This document shows positions 29,134-37,663 of a stretch of 64,000 nt of DNA, in pieces (position 1 is the stretch's first letter; the number at the start of each line of letters is the position of its first letter). The DNA is from a virus, in IMG/VR virus record IMGVR_UViG_3300023174_000080, positions 32,001 through 96,000 of that record; one strand, written 5' to 3'. A model generated the notes under the pieces. The model was not told the DNA's origin. It made no database searches and saw nothing but the letters and a program-made list of their open reading frames with translations. The position numbers and the translations under genes were made by a program.

Positions 29134-31059
29134 ATGTCTAAAATAGGTAAAAAAGTAACAATATATCAAACCTCTAGTTTTTCTGCTGGTAATGCGGAGT
29201 TAATAAATTATAAAGAGAGTTATATTTCTAATTTAAATGCTTACGGCGGATCTTTTTTCTTAAATAAACAAAATCCTCTTATTTTTACAAATAATAATTT
29301 GGAAAGTTTTAATTATTCTGTTGATGTTCATTATGATGAATTAAAAGAAATAAAAAATATTGAAAATGGGCAAAATGAAGAAACAAGATTAGCTAATTTA
29401 TCCAATTTAAATTTGCACACTTTTCGTTCAAAACTAGAATATAATTTTTTAATTAAAAATTTTGAAGAAAATATTAAGAAATTAGGAATAAATTCTTTAA
29501 GAGTACCTAATTTTTATGACGTTGTTGAAAGCCTATCTTCCACTGGACAATATAAAAATTCAGATGGCACTTCCTACTTAGAAGATTCTGCTAATTTTCT
29601 ATCTTTACAGGAATCAAATGAATTTAAAATAAATATTATACCTTCTAAAATATTAGTTGGAAAAAAGTATGTTCCTTTAAATAAGTATGTAAAAAATTTT
29701 AATCCTTTTAAAGAACAATTTCCATATTATGGTGACATAAGTTTTACTACTCATAAAAAAGTAAAAAATAACATATCTGATTTATTTCATGAGCATGATC
29801 TGTATCAATATGTATTTGAAAAATTATCAAAGACTAACATTACGCAAACTGTTTTTGTTAATAACGAAAATACTTCTACTGTTGCAAAAGTGTTAATTTT
29901 TGATGAATCATTTGTTAATACTATCTTATCTCAAAGAGTGGATTTGCAAACAAATTTTATATTTGAAATAAATAAAAGTATTGATTCTAAAGCAAGAAAT
30001 TTTGCTGATATAGTAAAAAACTATCAAGAATACTCGGAAGTAATTGGTTATCATTTAAAAAAATATGAAGGTTTAGCTAATCCTTCGTTAACGCAAAAGC
30101 CATTACCAATACAGGAATGGTATATACCAAATATATCTGAAGATAGATTTGAGTTTGTAGATACGCAACTTATTTATGATAATCGCTATACATATACTTT
30201 AGACCCAATAGTGTTAACTTTTTCATCAATTTGTACAATTAATCAAGAACCACAAACAAATAATCTTATAAAGTATAATTTTACTAGAAAACCTATTATT
30301 AAAATATTTGATATTGATAGAATAGGGGTTTCTTATAGCAATTATTTAAAAGATAGCCCCCCAACAGAACCAGAAATAGAATTTATACCATATATCGGAG
30401 TTCCGAATAGAATAAAAATAAATTTAAATACTTCAATAGGAATAAAAACTGTTAAACCAGTTAATTTTTCCGCTAATGAAGAAAATAAAAATAAATTATT
30501 AATGGAAGCTCAAGATAAATTAATTACTGATAATTTATTAACTTATCAATCTGATGAACCATCGGATTTTTTTGAAATATATAGATTAATAGATAAACCT
30601 AGCCAATATGAAGATTTTTCTAATAAATTATTAGCCTCTATTCCAACAAATGGTGCCGCTGGAGCGTCTTTTGAAGATACAATAACGCAAAATAGAAAAC
30701 ATTATTACGTAGCTAGATCAGTAGACTATCACAAAAACATATCAAACCCCACAGTTTTATATGAAGTAGAGATAATTAACGATAATGGATTAATAATACC
30801 AAATATTAATGTTGTTGATTTTAAAAGCAATGAAGATATTGGCTCTTATGAAAAAGAAATTAAAAGATTTTTCAAAATTAAACCATCTCTTAGGCACACT
30901 ATCTTAGAAGATGCTAATTTTTTCCCTAGTTTAATCCAATTAGGACAAAAAGAAGAAACTGTATGGAATAGTAGATTCAAGATTAGAGTCACTTCTAAAT
31001 CTACTGGTAAAAAAATGGATATATTTGTAACTTTTAATTATAAAAAGCAAGATAGTTAA
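29134..31059 (+). CDS. Hypothetical virion protein with Fn3/Ig-like C-terminal region
   Basis: 'FEIYR...FEDTITQNRKHYYVARSVDYHKNISNPT' resembles a fibronectin-III C-terminus; structural context. Confidence 0.55.
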   Translation: MSKIGKKVTIYQTSSFSAGNAELINYKESYISNLNAYGGSFFLNKQNPLIFTNNNLESFNYSVDVHYDELKEIKNIENGQNEETRLANLSNLNLHTFRSKLEYNFLIKNFEENIKKLGINSLRVPNFYDVVESLSSTGQYKNSDGTSYLEDSANFLSLQESNEFKINIIPSKILVGKKYVPLNKYVKNFNPFKEQFPYYGDISFTTHKKVKNNISDLFHEHDLYQYVFEKLSKTNITQTVFVNNENTSTVAKVLIFDESFVNTILSQRVDLQTNFIFEINKSIDSKARNFADIVKNYQEYSEVIGYHLKKYEGLANPSLTQKPLPIQEWYIPNISEDRFEFVDTQLIYDNRYTYTLDPIVLTFSSICTINQEPQTNNLIKYNFTRKPIIKIFDIDRIGVSYSNYLKDSPPTEPEIEFIPYIGVPNRIKINLNTSIGIKTVKPVNFSANEENKNKLLMEAQDKLITDNLLTYQSDEPSDFFEIYRLIDKPSQYEDFSNKLLASIPTNGAAGASFEDTITQNRKHYYVARSVDYHKNISNPTVLYEVEIINDNGLIIPNINVVDFKSNEDIGSYEKEIKRFFKIKPSLRHTILEDANFFPSLIQLGQKEETVWNSRFKIRVTSKSTGKKMDIFVTFNYKKQDS

Positions 31060-31077
31060 AATAATTAAATATTTCGT

Positions 31078-31087
31078 ACTATTTATA
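31078..31087 (+). promoter_or_regulatory. Putative late promoter motif ACTATTTATA
   Basis: Intergenic, 28 nt before a structural gene; the core ACTATTTAT recurs in four other intergenic gaps. Confidence 0.6.
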
Positions 31088-31115
31088 GAAAAAGACACTA
31101 TAAAGGATAAAAAAC

Positions 31116-32090
31116 ATGGCATTTTTAGATAATAGCGGTGATATAATTTTGGATGCTGTATTAACAGATACAGGACGTATGCGTTTAGCCAAAGGAGATG
31201 GCTCATTTAGAATTACAAAATTCGCTCTTGCTGATGATGAAATAGATTATTCCTTATTTAATGGAAACCACGTTAGCGGTACTGCTTATTATGATTTAGA
31301 AGTTTTACAAACCCCAGTTATGGAAGCATTTACTAACAACGGTTCTTCGATGAAAAGCAAGCTTATTTCTATTTCAAGAAATAATTTGTTATATTTACCA
31401 GTCGTTGTACTGGATACGGTTAATAGTCCAGTAGTTCAAGCAACCGCAATAGTAAATAACGGTTTCATACTTGCCGTAGATACAGCTACAGAGGATTTTT
31501 TAAATCAATCTAATTTACAATATAGTGGTCAAAGTTTCGGAACACAAAAAAGCGGCATTTTAAAAGGTATTAATCCGGACTCTAAGACTATTACTATAGC
31601 ACAAGGATTAAATACTACTGCTTTGCCATACGCTAGAACAATCGATCAAGATCTAAAAGAAGTACAATACCTTGTAGAAATCGATAATAGATTAGCTAGA
31701 GTAGTAAATCCATTAGATGCCACAAAAGAATTACCAGTTTCTTATATTGATGATGATAATATTGCAACATATTATTTATCATATGGAACTGATGCAGAAT
31801 ATGTTAAAGATTTTCCTAATGCTACCACCAGCACTGATTTAAGAATCTTAGCTGGACCGAGAGGAACAATACTAACATTTAGACTTGGATCTCAAAATGA
31901 TGTCTCTACAAGCAGATATCTTTTTGATCAATTAGGTAAAAATATAACATCATTATTTACTATTAGCGGTGGCTCACCCGGCGCAGGAGCCAGTGAAGTA
32001 AGAAGTATATTGACAAACATTAGAATTACAGGAGTTACAACTGGTAATTCTATAGATGTACCACTATTATTAGTAAAAAAGATTTCTTAA
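31116..32090 (+). CDS. Baseplate/tail structural protein
   Basis: AAGGA RBS; the N-terminus 'ILDAVLTDTGRMRLAKG..FRITKFALADDEIDY' resembles tail-fibre/baseplate attachment N-termini. Confidence 0.65.
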   Translation: MAFLDNSGDIILDAVLTDTGRMRLAKGDGSFRITKFALADDEIDYSLFNGNHVSGTAYYDLEVLQTPVMEAFTNNGSSMKSKLISISRNNLLYLPVVVLDTVNSPVVQATAIVNNGFILAVDTATEDFLNQSNLQYSGQSFGTQKSGILKGINPDSKTITIAQGLNTTALPYARTIDQDLKEVQYLVEIDNRLARVVNPLDATKELPVSYIDDDNIATYYLSYGTDAEYVKDFPNATTSTDLRILAGPRGTILTFRLGSQNDVSTSRYLFDQLGKNITSLFTISGGSPGAGASEVRSILTNIRITGVTTGNSIDVPLLLVKKIS

Positions 32091-32106
32091 TATAAGGAAG
32101 ATATAA

Positions 32107-33243
32107 ATGGCTACAACATTTAAAACGTTTTTAGATGACGATATTGTTTCAACACGTACTTTATTGCATGAAAATATTCCAATAACAGGTACAATAGTTT
32201 CTGGTTCATCTTATGGAACATCAAGTCTAAAAACATATACACACGGAATGTTCCAGACTGTTTATGATTATCCTTATTTAAGTTCTTCCGCTAACCAGTT
32301 ATTTGATTTAACCATTGGACAAACTATCGATTCACCAGCAAGCGCAAGTACATCAGTAGATCCATTTAATAAGAAAAAAGTTAATATATATAATCAAATG
32401 GCACAAGTACTAGCTGGTCATGATACTAGCGGCTCTATAGTACAATTTGATAGAGATGGTGACCCTGCAACTGGTGGTGATAAATTTAATTCAATGTTTT
32501 TTATCAATTTCTCAAGATTGTTGGTAAAAGATGAAATAAAAAAGAGAAGCTTCCAAATAACACTTGGAGTTAATTCTTCAAGCGTTTCTCCTTTTAATGC
32601 CACATGTCTAGTAAGCGATGCAAGTGGTACAACTAATTATAAAATAAATTCACCAGCTGGTGAATATGGATTATTATACGCTACAACATTCTCTAGCGCT
32701 TCAGCTGGATGGACTGTAGCTGCTTCTCAATCAGTTGGTTTTGTTTTCTATCAAGCAGGCGTAGTTGCATTATCGACTGCTATATTTGCACAATCAAGTT
32801 CTAATAGCCCTTCTACTTCTCTTTCCGCTAGTACATATGGTCAAATTAAAAATGGGTATGTTGTTAACTTTAGTGCTTCTTCAGGTACTCCTTATACAAA
32901 TATAGAAACAATGTTTGAATCAGGTAGCATTAATGATTGTTGCAGTGCATTGCGTAATAGAATACAAAACATTACTTTCAATAATACAACAGAATTAAAT
33001 TCAACAATACATTTCTGTCGCATAAATCATAACGATTTTAATTATAGTTCTAATCCTACTTATTTAAGCAGTAGCCAAATAAGAGTTAAGAATGGTGATA
33101 TCGCAAAAGCACCTATTAGCTATATGACAACCGTTGGCCTTTATTCGCCAGACAATGAATTGTTAGCAGTAGCGAAATTATCTGAACCCTTAAAGAAAGA
33201 TCCAACACAAGAAATGATATTGCGTGTAAGACTAGACTACTAA
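32107..33243 (+). CDS. Baseplate wedge/fibre-attachment structural protein
   Basis: C-terminal 'FNYSSNPTY...YMTTVGLYSPDNELLAVAKLSEPLKK....LRVRLDY', shared with 36671..37663. Confidence 0.65.
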   Translation: MATTFKTFLDDDIVSTRTLLHENIPITGTIVSGSSYGTSSLKTYTHGMFQTVYDYPYLSSSANQLFDLTIGQTIDSPASASTSVDPFNKKKVNIYNQMAQVLAGHDTSGSIVQFDRDGDPATGGDKFNSMFFINFSRLLVKDEIKKRSFQITLGVNSSSVSPFNATCLVSDASGTTNYKINSPAGEYGLLYATTFSSASAGWTVAASQSVGFVFYQAGVVALSTAIFAQSSSNSPSTSLSASTYGQIKNGYVVNFSASSGTPYTNIETMFESGSINDCCSALRNRIQNITFNNTTELNSTIHFCRINHNDFNYSSNPTYLSSSQIRVKNGDIAKAPISYMTTVGLYSPDNELLAVAKLSEPLKKDPTQEMILRVRLDY

Positions 33244-33244
33244 T

Positions 33245-33466
33245 ATGTCATTTAAAAAATTTGAAAAAGGAGATTTGTTATTTAATACAATCAAAACAAA
33301 ACCTCGTTTTGAATTTAAAATATACAATGGAAATATTTATCTAAATAATTCCACTGATGGATACGCGAAGTTGCATGATTTGGGCAACGGTGAACAACAA
33401 TGCGGTGTTGAAAATATATTAGATTTTTCATGCCCAGAGACTTCTTATAATATAGGATTAATATAA
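33245..33466 (+). CDS. 73-aa structural protein, probable detached N-terminus of 36671..37663
   Basis: The start 'MSFKKFEKGDLLFNT' parallels 'MATTFKTFLDDDIVST' of the 32107 paralog; tightly packed in the operon. Confidence 0.55.
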   Translation: MSFKKFEKGDLLFNTIKTKPRFEFKIYNGNIYLNNSTDGYAKLHDLGNGEQQCGVENILDFSCPETSYNIGLI

Positions 33467-33478
33467 AGGATTAATTAA

Positions 33479-34354
33479 ATGGCTGAGAGTTTAAAAATTA
33501 AAGATGGTCTTGGAATATTAAAAAATTTAACAGTAGAAAGCGGAAGTTATGGTTTAATGCCAGTTCATTATGTAACTTCCTCTACTTCTGCCCCTGTATA
33601 TATCACTGCTTCTTCTGCTAATCCTATTCCAGTAACAGGCACTATTGCAGTCGATGTAACGGTTGGAGATTTAATTACAGTTACTGCTTCTACAGCTAGT
33701 CCTGTTGCAGTTACAGGAACAGTAACTAATGTTTCAAGCTTACAAGCTGCTTATAATACTTCCACTTATACTGCTAATACTATTCCTATACAATTGGTAG
33801 GTACAAGTAGTTATAAGGCAGCAATTGATTCTGCTGGAAGATTATTTGTCACTGGCGCAGTAACTGTAAATACTGCTTCATCTATGACAGTTACAGCCAG
33901 TTTAGCTAACCCAACTGGTATTACTGGAACTGTTAATATTAACAATTCGTCTTTGTCTGTTACATCATCGCTACTAAGCCCAGTTTACGCTTTGGTGGCT
34001 ACCCCACCTGTTACTACAGTGACCACAAATGCAACTACATCTTTCGTTTGGAATACCATTGCTAGTGGTACATTTGCTATTGCTGCAAATAGTTTAACTA
34101 GAAAAGGTTTAACTATATTTAATCCCGGCCCACATAATTTATATGTTGTATTATCTACAATAGGCGGTGGAGGTGATTCAGGCAGACATGGTTTTACTAT
34201 AGTTAATACGGCTTCTGCGCCATCTATATATTCCTTTATAGTATATCCATCTGGAACTTATGTAGCTCCTCCAACTACAGTTGGCGTTTATCATGGCGGT
34301 TATTTTATTAGTGGATCGGCATCGGTCGGTGTGTTTGATTCAGAAATAAGTTAG
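33479..34354 (+). CDS. Ser/Thr-rich short fibre or decoration protein
   Basis: Repeated 'TASxxxPxxVTG' units and a C-terminal beta-sandwich ('RKGLTIFNPGPHNLYV'); AAGGA RBS. Confidence 0.65.
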   Translation: MAESLKIKDGLGILKNLTVESGSYGLMPVHYVTSSTSAPVYITASSANPIPVTGTIAVDVTVGDLITVTASTASPVAVTGTVTNVSSLQAAYNTSTYTANTIPIQLVGTSSYKAAIDSAGRLFVTGAVTVNTASSMTVTASLANPTGITGTVNINNSSLSVTSSLLSPVYALVATPPVTTVTTNATTSFVWNTIASGTFAIAANSLTRKGLTIFNPGPHNLYVVLSTIGGGGDSGRHGFTIVNTASAPSIYSFIVYPSGTYVAPPTTVGVYHGGYFISGSASVGVFDSEIS

Positions 34355-34363
34355 GAAAAATAA

Positions 34364-36364
34364 ATGTCTATTCAGTATCCTACATTTCAAAGTAATCCAA
34401 GTGTTAATAGTCTTACAGCTTCTGCTGGTATTTCCAGTTCATTAGGGTTATTTACATCTTTAACAGGTTCTAATACTTATGTATCTGGCAACATTGGCAT
34501 TGGAACGACAAGTCCAATAAAAGCATTACATCTTTCTGCTTCTTCCGGCGATCCGATGATGGTAGAAAACAGCCTACAAAATAATTTTAATAGAATTATT
34601 TATAAAAAACCATCTAGAATGTGGTCTTTAGGGCAAGACAGTGGAGATGGATTTGCCTTAGCAGATGAAACAGCGCCGGGATATAGATTATATATAAGTA
34701 GCTCGGGAGATATCGGCATAGGAACAACTATTCCTGCTGCCAAACTAGACGTTCAAGGTACCGGTCGTTTTACCTCTAACGTTGAAATAACCGGTACTTT
34801 AAAAGGGATAACTGAGCTAACCGCTTCTGTTATTAGCGCATCATCTTACCTAGGAATATCTGCTGGAGAAAATGCTATATATGTCGGAAATAAAATAATT
34901 AGCGGTAGTTTATTGGTTTCTTCTTCAATAAGCACACTACAATCCATCACTTCTTCTGGACCAGTATTATTAGATGGATTATATTTTGGAACTGGTAAAT
35001 ATGATACAATAAACAGCATAGCTATTGGCTATTTTGCTTTAGGTTCAACTTCTACCGGTACTAATAATATTGGGATTGGCTATCTTTCTGCTTATAATAC
35101 CACGCAGGGTTCTAGAAACACTGCAATAGGCGATTCAGCTTTAAATGCTAATACTACTGGCAATAATAATACCGCCGTTGGTAGAGCGGCTTTCTTAGCT
35201 TTAGCAAGTGGTAATAACAATTTAGGTTTAGGTTTGTCGGCGGGATCTTCTAGTACCTCTTTAGAAAATTGTGTCATAATTGGTAGCAATAACGGTTCCA
35301 CTATTAATGGTACTACCGGTTCTATCATTATTAGTGATGGAGCAGGAAATATAAGAATTCAAGCAAACAACACTGGTCTTGTAACTATTCCCGGTGCTTT
35401 AACTGTATCAGGAAATGTAATATTAGGTGATGCATCATCTGATAGTGTCACTGCTACAGCACAACTAACTGCTTCAACGGGTATTTCTAGTTCATTAGGA
35501 CTATTTGCTGCAATAACTGGTTCTCATTCTGGGACTCTTGGTTTATTTACAAATCTAACCGCTTCTAATATAAGCGGAACTAATAATTTATTCATCGGAA
35601 ATTCCATTGGTATTGGAACCACTTCTCCATCTTTACAAGGAAATGGTAGCGGTCTTGAAATTAATGGTAGTAGCTATACGCAATTAAAACTAAGAAGTAC
35701 AGCTAATGGAACTGCCGGTTTACAGCTTAGTAGTAGTGTCCGTCAATTTGAAATTCAAAGTTCCGACCAAGGTTATTTTTTAGTCTATGATAGAAACGCA
35801 TTACAATATAGATTACTTATTGATTCAAACGGTAAAGTTGGCTTTGGAACAACTACTCCTGCTACCGAATTAGATGTACGTGGAACAGGAAGTTTTTATT
35901 CTGTTAAATTTCCTTCTGTTCAATCTTCATCTACCGACCCAAACACTCTTGATGATTATGAAGAAGGAACATGGACACCGGCTTTATCTGCTAGCATAAC
36001 AAATACAGGTTTTGCTTACAATGCAACAAACACATCTGGCAGTTATATAAAAATTGGTAAAATGGTTAGATTGACAGGTAGATTAACTTTAACTGCAACT
36101 GGCAGTGCGGCAGGAAACATTTTTATCACTGGGTTGCCATTAGTTAATGTAGATACAGGACAAGGAAACTTTGGAACGATGAATACAGCATTTTATCAAT
36201 TTTTTGCTGCTGGTGTGACAAATGTATTTGGTCGTTTAGTTCAAGGAGCTAACGTAGTGACATTGGCAAAAGCTGGCACTGGGGCAACTGTAGATATGTC
36301 TGTTACTGATTTAACTACTACATCAGATATAATATTTGTTGTTCATTATAATCACACAACTTAA
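34364..36364 (+). CDS. Tail fibre protein
   Basis: Multiple 'GNIGIGTTSP' repeats, 'NTAIGxxAL' beta-helix (YadA-head-like) repeats and a C-terminal 'LDDYEEGTWTP...YIKIGKMV' domain. Confidence 0.85.
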   Translation: MSIQYPTFQSNPSVNSLTASAGISSSLGLFTSLTGSNTYVSGNIGIGTTSPIKALHLSASSGDPMMVENSLQNNFNRIIYKKPSRMWSLGQDSGDGFALADETAPGYRLYISSSGDIGIGTTIPAAKLDVQGTGRFTSNVEITGTLKGITELTASVISASSYLGISAGENAIYVGNKIISGSLLVSSSISTLQSITSSGPVLLDGLYFGTGKYDTINSIAIGYFALGSTSTGTNNIGIGYLSAYNTTQGSRNTAIGDSALNANTTGNNNTAVGRAAFLALASGNNNLGLGLSAGSSSTSLENCVIIGSNNGSTINGTTGSIIISDGAGNIRIQANNTGLVTIPGALTVSGNVILGDASSDSVTATAQLTASTGISSSLGLFAAITGSHSGTLGLFTNLTASNISGTNNLFIGNSIGIGTTSPSLQGNGSGLEINGSSYTQLKLRSTANGTAGLQLSSSVRQFEIQSSDQGYFLVYDRNALQYRLLIDSNGKVGFGTTTPATELDVRGTGSFYSVKFPSVQSSSTDPNTLDDYEEGTWTPALSASITNTGFAYNATNTSGSYIKIGKMVRLTGRLTLTATGSAAGNIFITGLPLVNVDTGQGNFGTMNTAFYQFFAAGVTNVFGRLVQGANVVTLAKAGTGATVDMSVTDLTTTSDIIFVVHYNHTT

Positions 36365-36378
36365 TCAGGAGAAGCAAA

Positions 36379-36633
36379 ATGGCTTTAACAGAACGTAGTA
36401 TAATTGATAAAATTGAAGTATTAGAAAATGGTATCATACAAGTTCGTCGTGCAGATATTGTAGAACGTGATGGTATAGAGATTGCTAAAAGCTATCATCG
36501 TTGGAGTTTAACTCCCGGTCAAGATTTAACAGGCCAAGAGCAACGTGTTATAGATGTAGCAAACGCAGTTTGGACAGCAGAAATTGTTTCTGCCTATCAA
36601 ACGCAATTAAATAATACATCTATAACAGAATAA
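36379..36633 (+). CDS. Small tail-fibre-associated (assembly chaperone-like) protein
   Basis: AGGAG RBS. 'DKIEVLENG.IQVR......DG.E....YHR....PG.D......V......VWT' is the kind of small gene that typically follows LDDYEEGTWTP fibres. Confidence 0.7.
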   Translation: MALTERSIIDKIEVLENGIIQVRRADIVERDGIEIAKSYHRWSLTPGQDLTGQEQRVIDVANAVWTAEIVSAYQTQLNNTSITE

Positions 36634-36670
36634 TGAACGCTTTTTAAAGACATGATATAATTAGTGTATT

Positions 36671-37663
36671 ATGTCTTTATCTAATACTTCTTCGTATTAT
36701 TCTTTCTTACCAAAAGATAGCAGCAGAGATTCTTATAAAAGTGTCGGCAAGGCTGATTACGCTTATCTAGATTTTGGTGATATTCTAACATCATCATATC
36801 CATTAAAAACAACTATTGATTGTTATCGTTATTCTGCTACATCAGAATATGTTTCCACTAGAAAAAGAATTTATGCTTTAAAAAATACATTAAATTTTTA
36901 TTCTAGCTATAGCCCACATTATAATTACAGTTCAAGTTATGGTGATAAATCTAAGCAAGAAATAATATTATTAAGTATACCATCGATATTTTATGGCTCT
37001 TCTATAGATAAAGGCACTGTAGAATTGAGTTTTTATATATCTGGTACTTTAATAGCTAAATTACAAGACGTAAATAAAAATGGCGAACTTATACAAACAA
37101 TAGGAACTTTAGGTTCCGGTAATGTTGCTGGTGTTGTTTTATATAATGAAGGATTTGTTCTTCTAACAGGCTCTTGGAATCTTGATAATATCCATACAGA
37201 AGAATACATATATAACCCTGACAATAGCGTAAGCACAGATAATCCCAAATGGTTATATTGGGGCGCAGGATTTTCAGCGCCAATTAATTATACTGTTTCT
37301 TCAAGTTATGATATAAAGTTTGAAGGAATAAATTATATAAATACATTAACTATGTTTGCACACGCTGAGAAGGGTGAATACAATCATTCAAACAATCCAA
37401 CATATGTAAAACATAGCCAACCAATATTTGTTGAGCCAAATATTTCTACAAATACATATGAAGAATATTCAAAGTATGAAATAAAAAACACTGTAAAATA
37501 TCCATATGAAAATTATACAGGAAGTTTAGAAAAACAAACTTATATATCAAAAATAGGTATTTTTGATGATAATAAGAATCTTATTGCTATAGCTAAATTC
37601 GCAAAACCTATAAGAAAAAGTGAAAATCGTGATTTTACGTTCAAACTTAAATTAGATATCTAA
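36671..37663 (+). CDS. Baseplate wedge/fibre-attachment structural protein (paralog of 32107..33243)
   Basis: 'YNHSNNPTY...YISKIGIFDDNKNLIAIAKFAKPIRK....FKLKLDI'. Confidence 0.65.
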   Translation: MSLSNTSSYYSFLPKDSSRDSYKSVGKADYAYLDFGDILTSSYPLKTTIDCYRYSATSEYVSTRKRIYALKNTLNFYSSYSPHYNYSSSYGDKSKQEIILLSIPSIFYGSSIDKGTVELSFYISGTLIAKLQDVNKNGELIQTIGTLGSGNVAGVVLYNEGFVLLTGSWNLDNIHTEEYIYNPDNSVSTDNPKWLYWGAGFSAPINYTVSSSYDIKFEGINYINTLTMFAHAEKGEYNHSNNPTYVKHSQPIFVEPNISTNTYEEYSKYEIKNTVKYPYENYTGSLEKQTYISKIGIFDDNKNLIAIAKFAKPIRKSENRDFTFKLKLDI

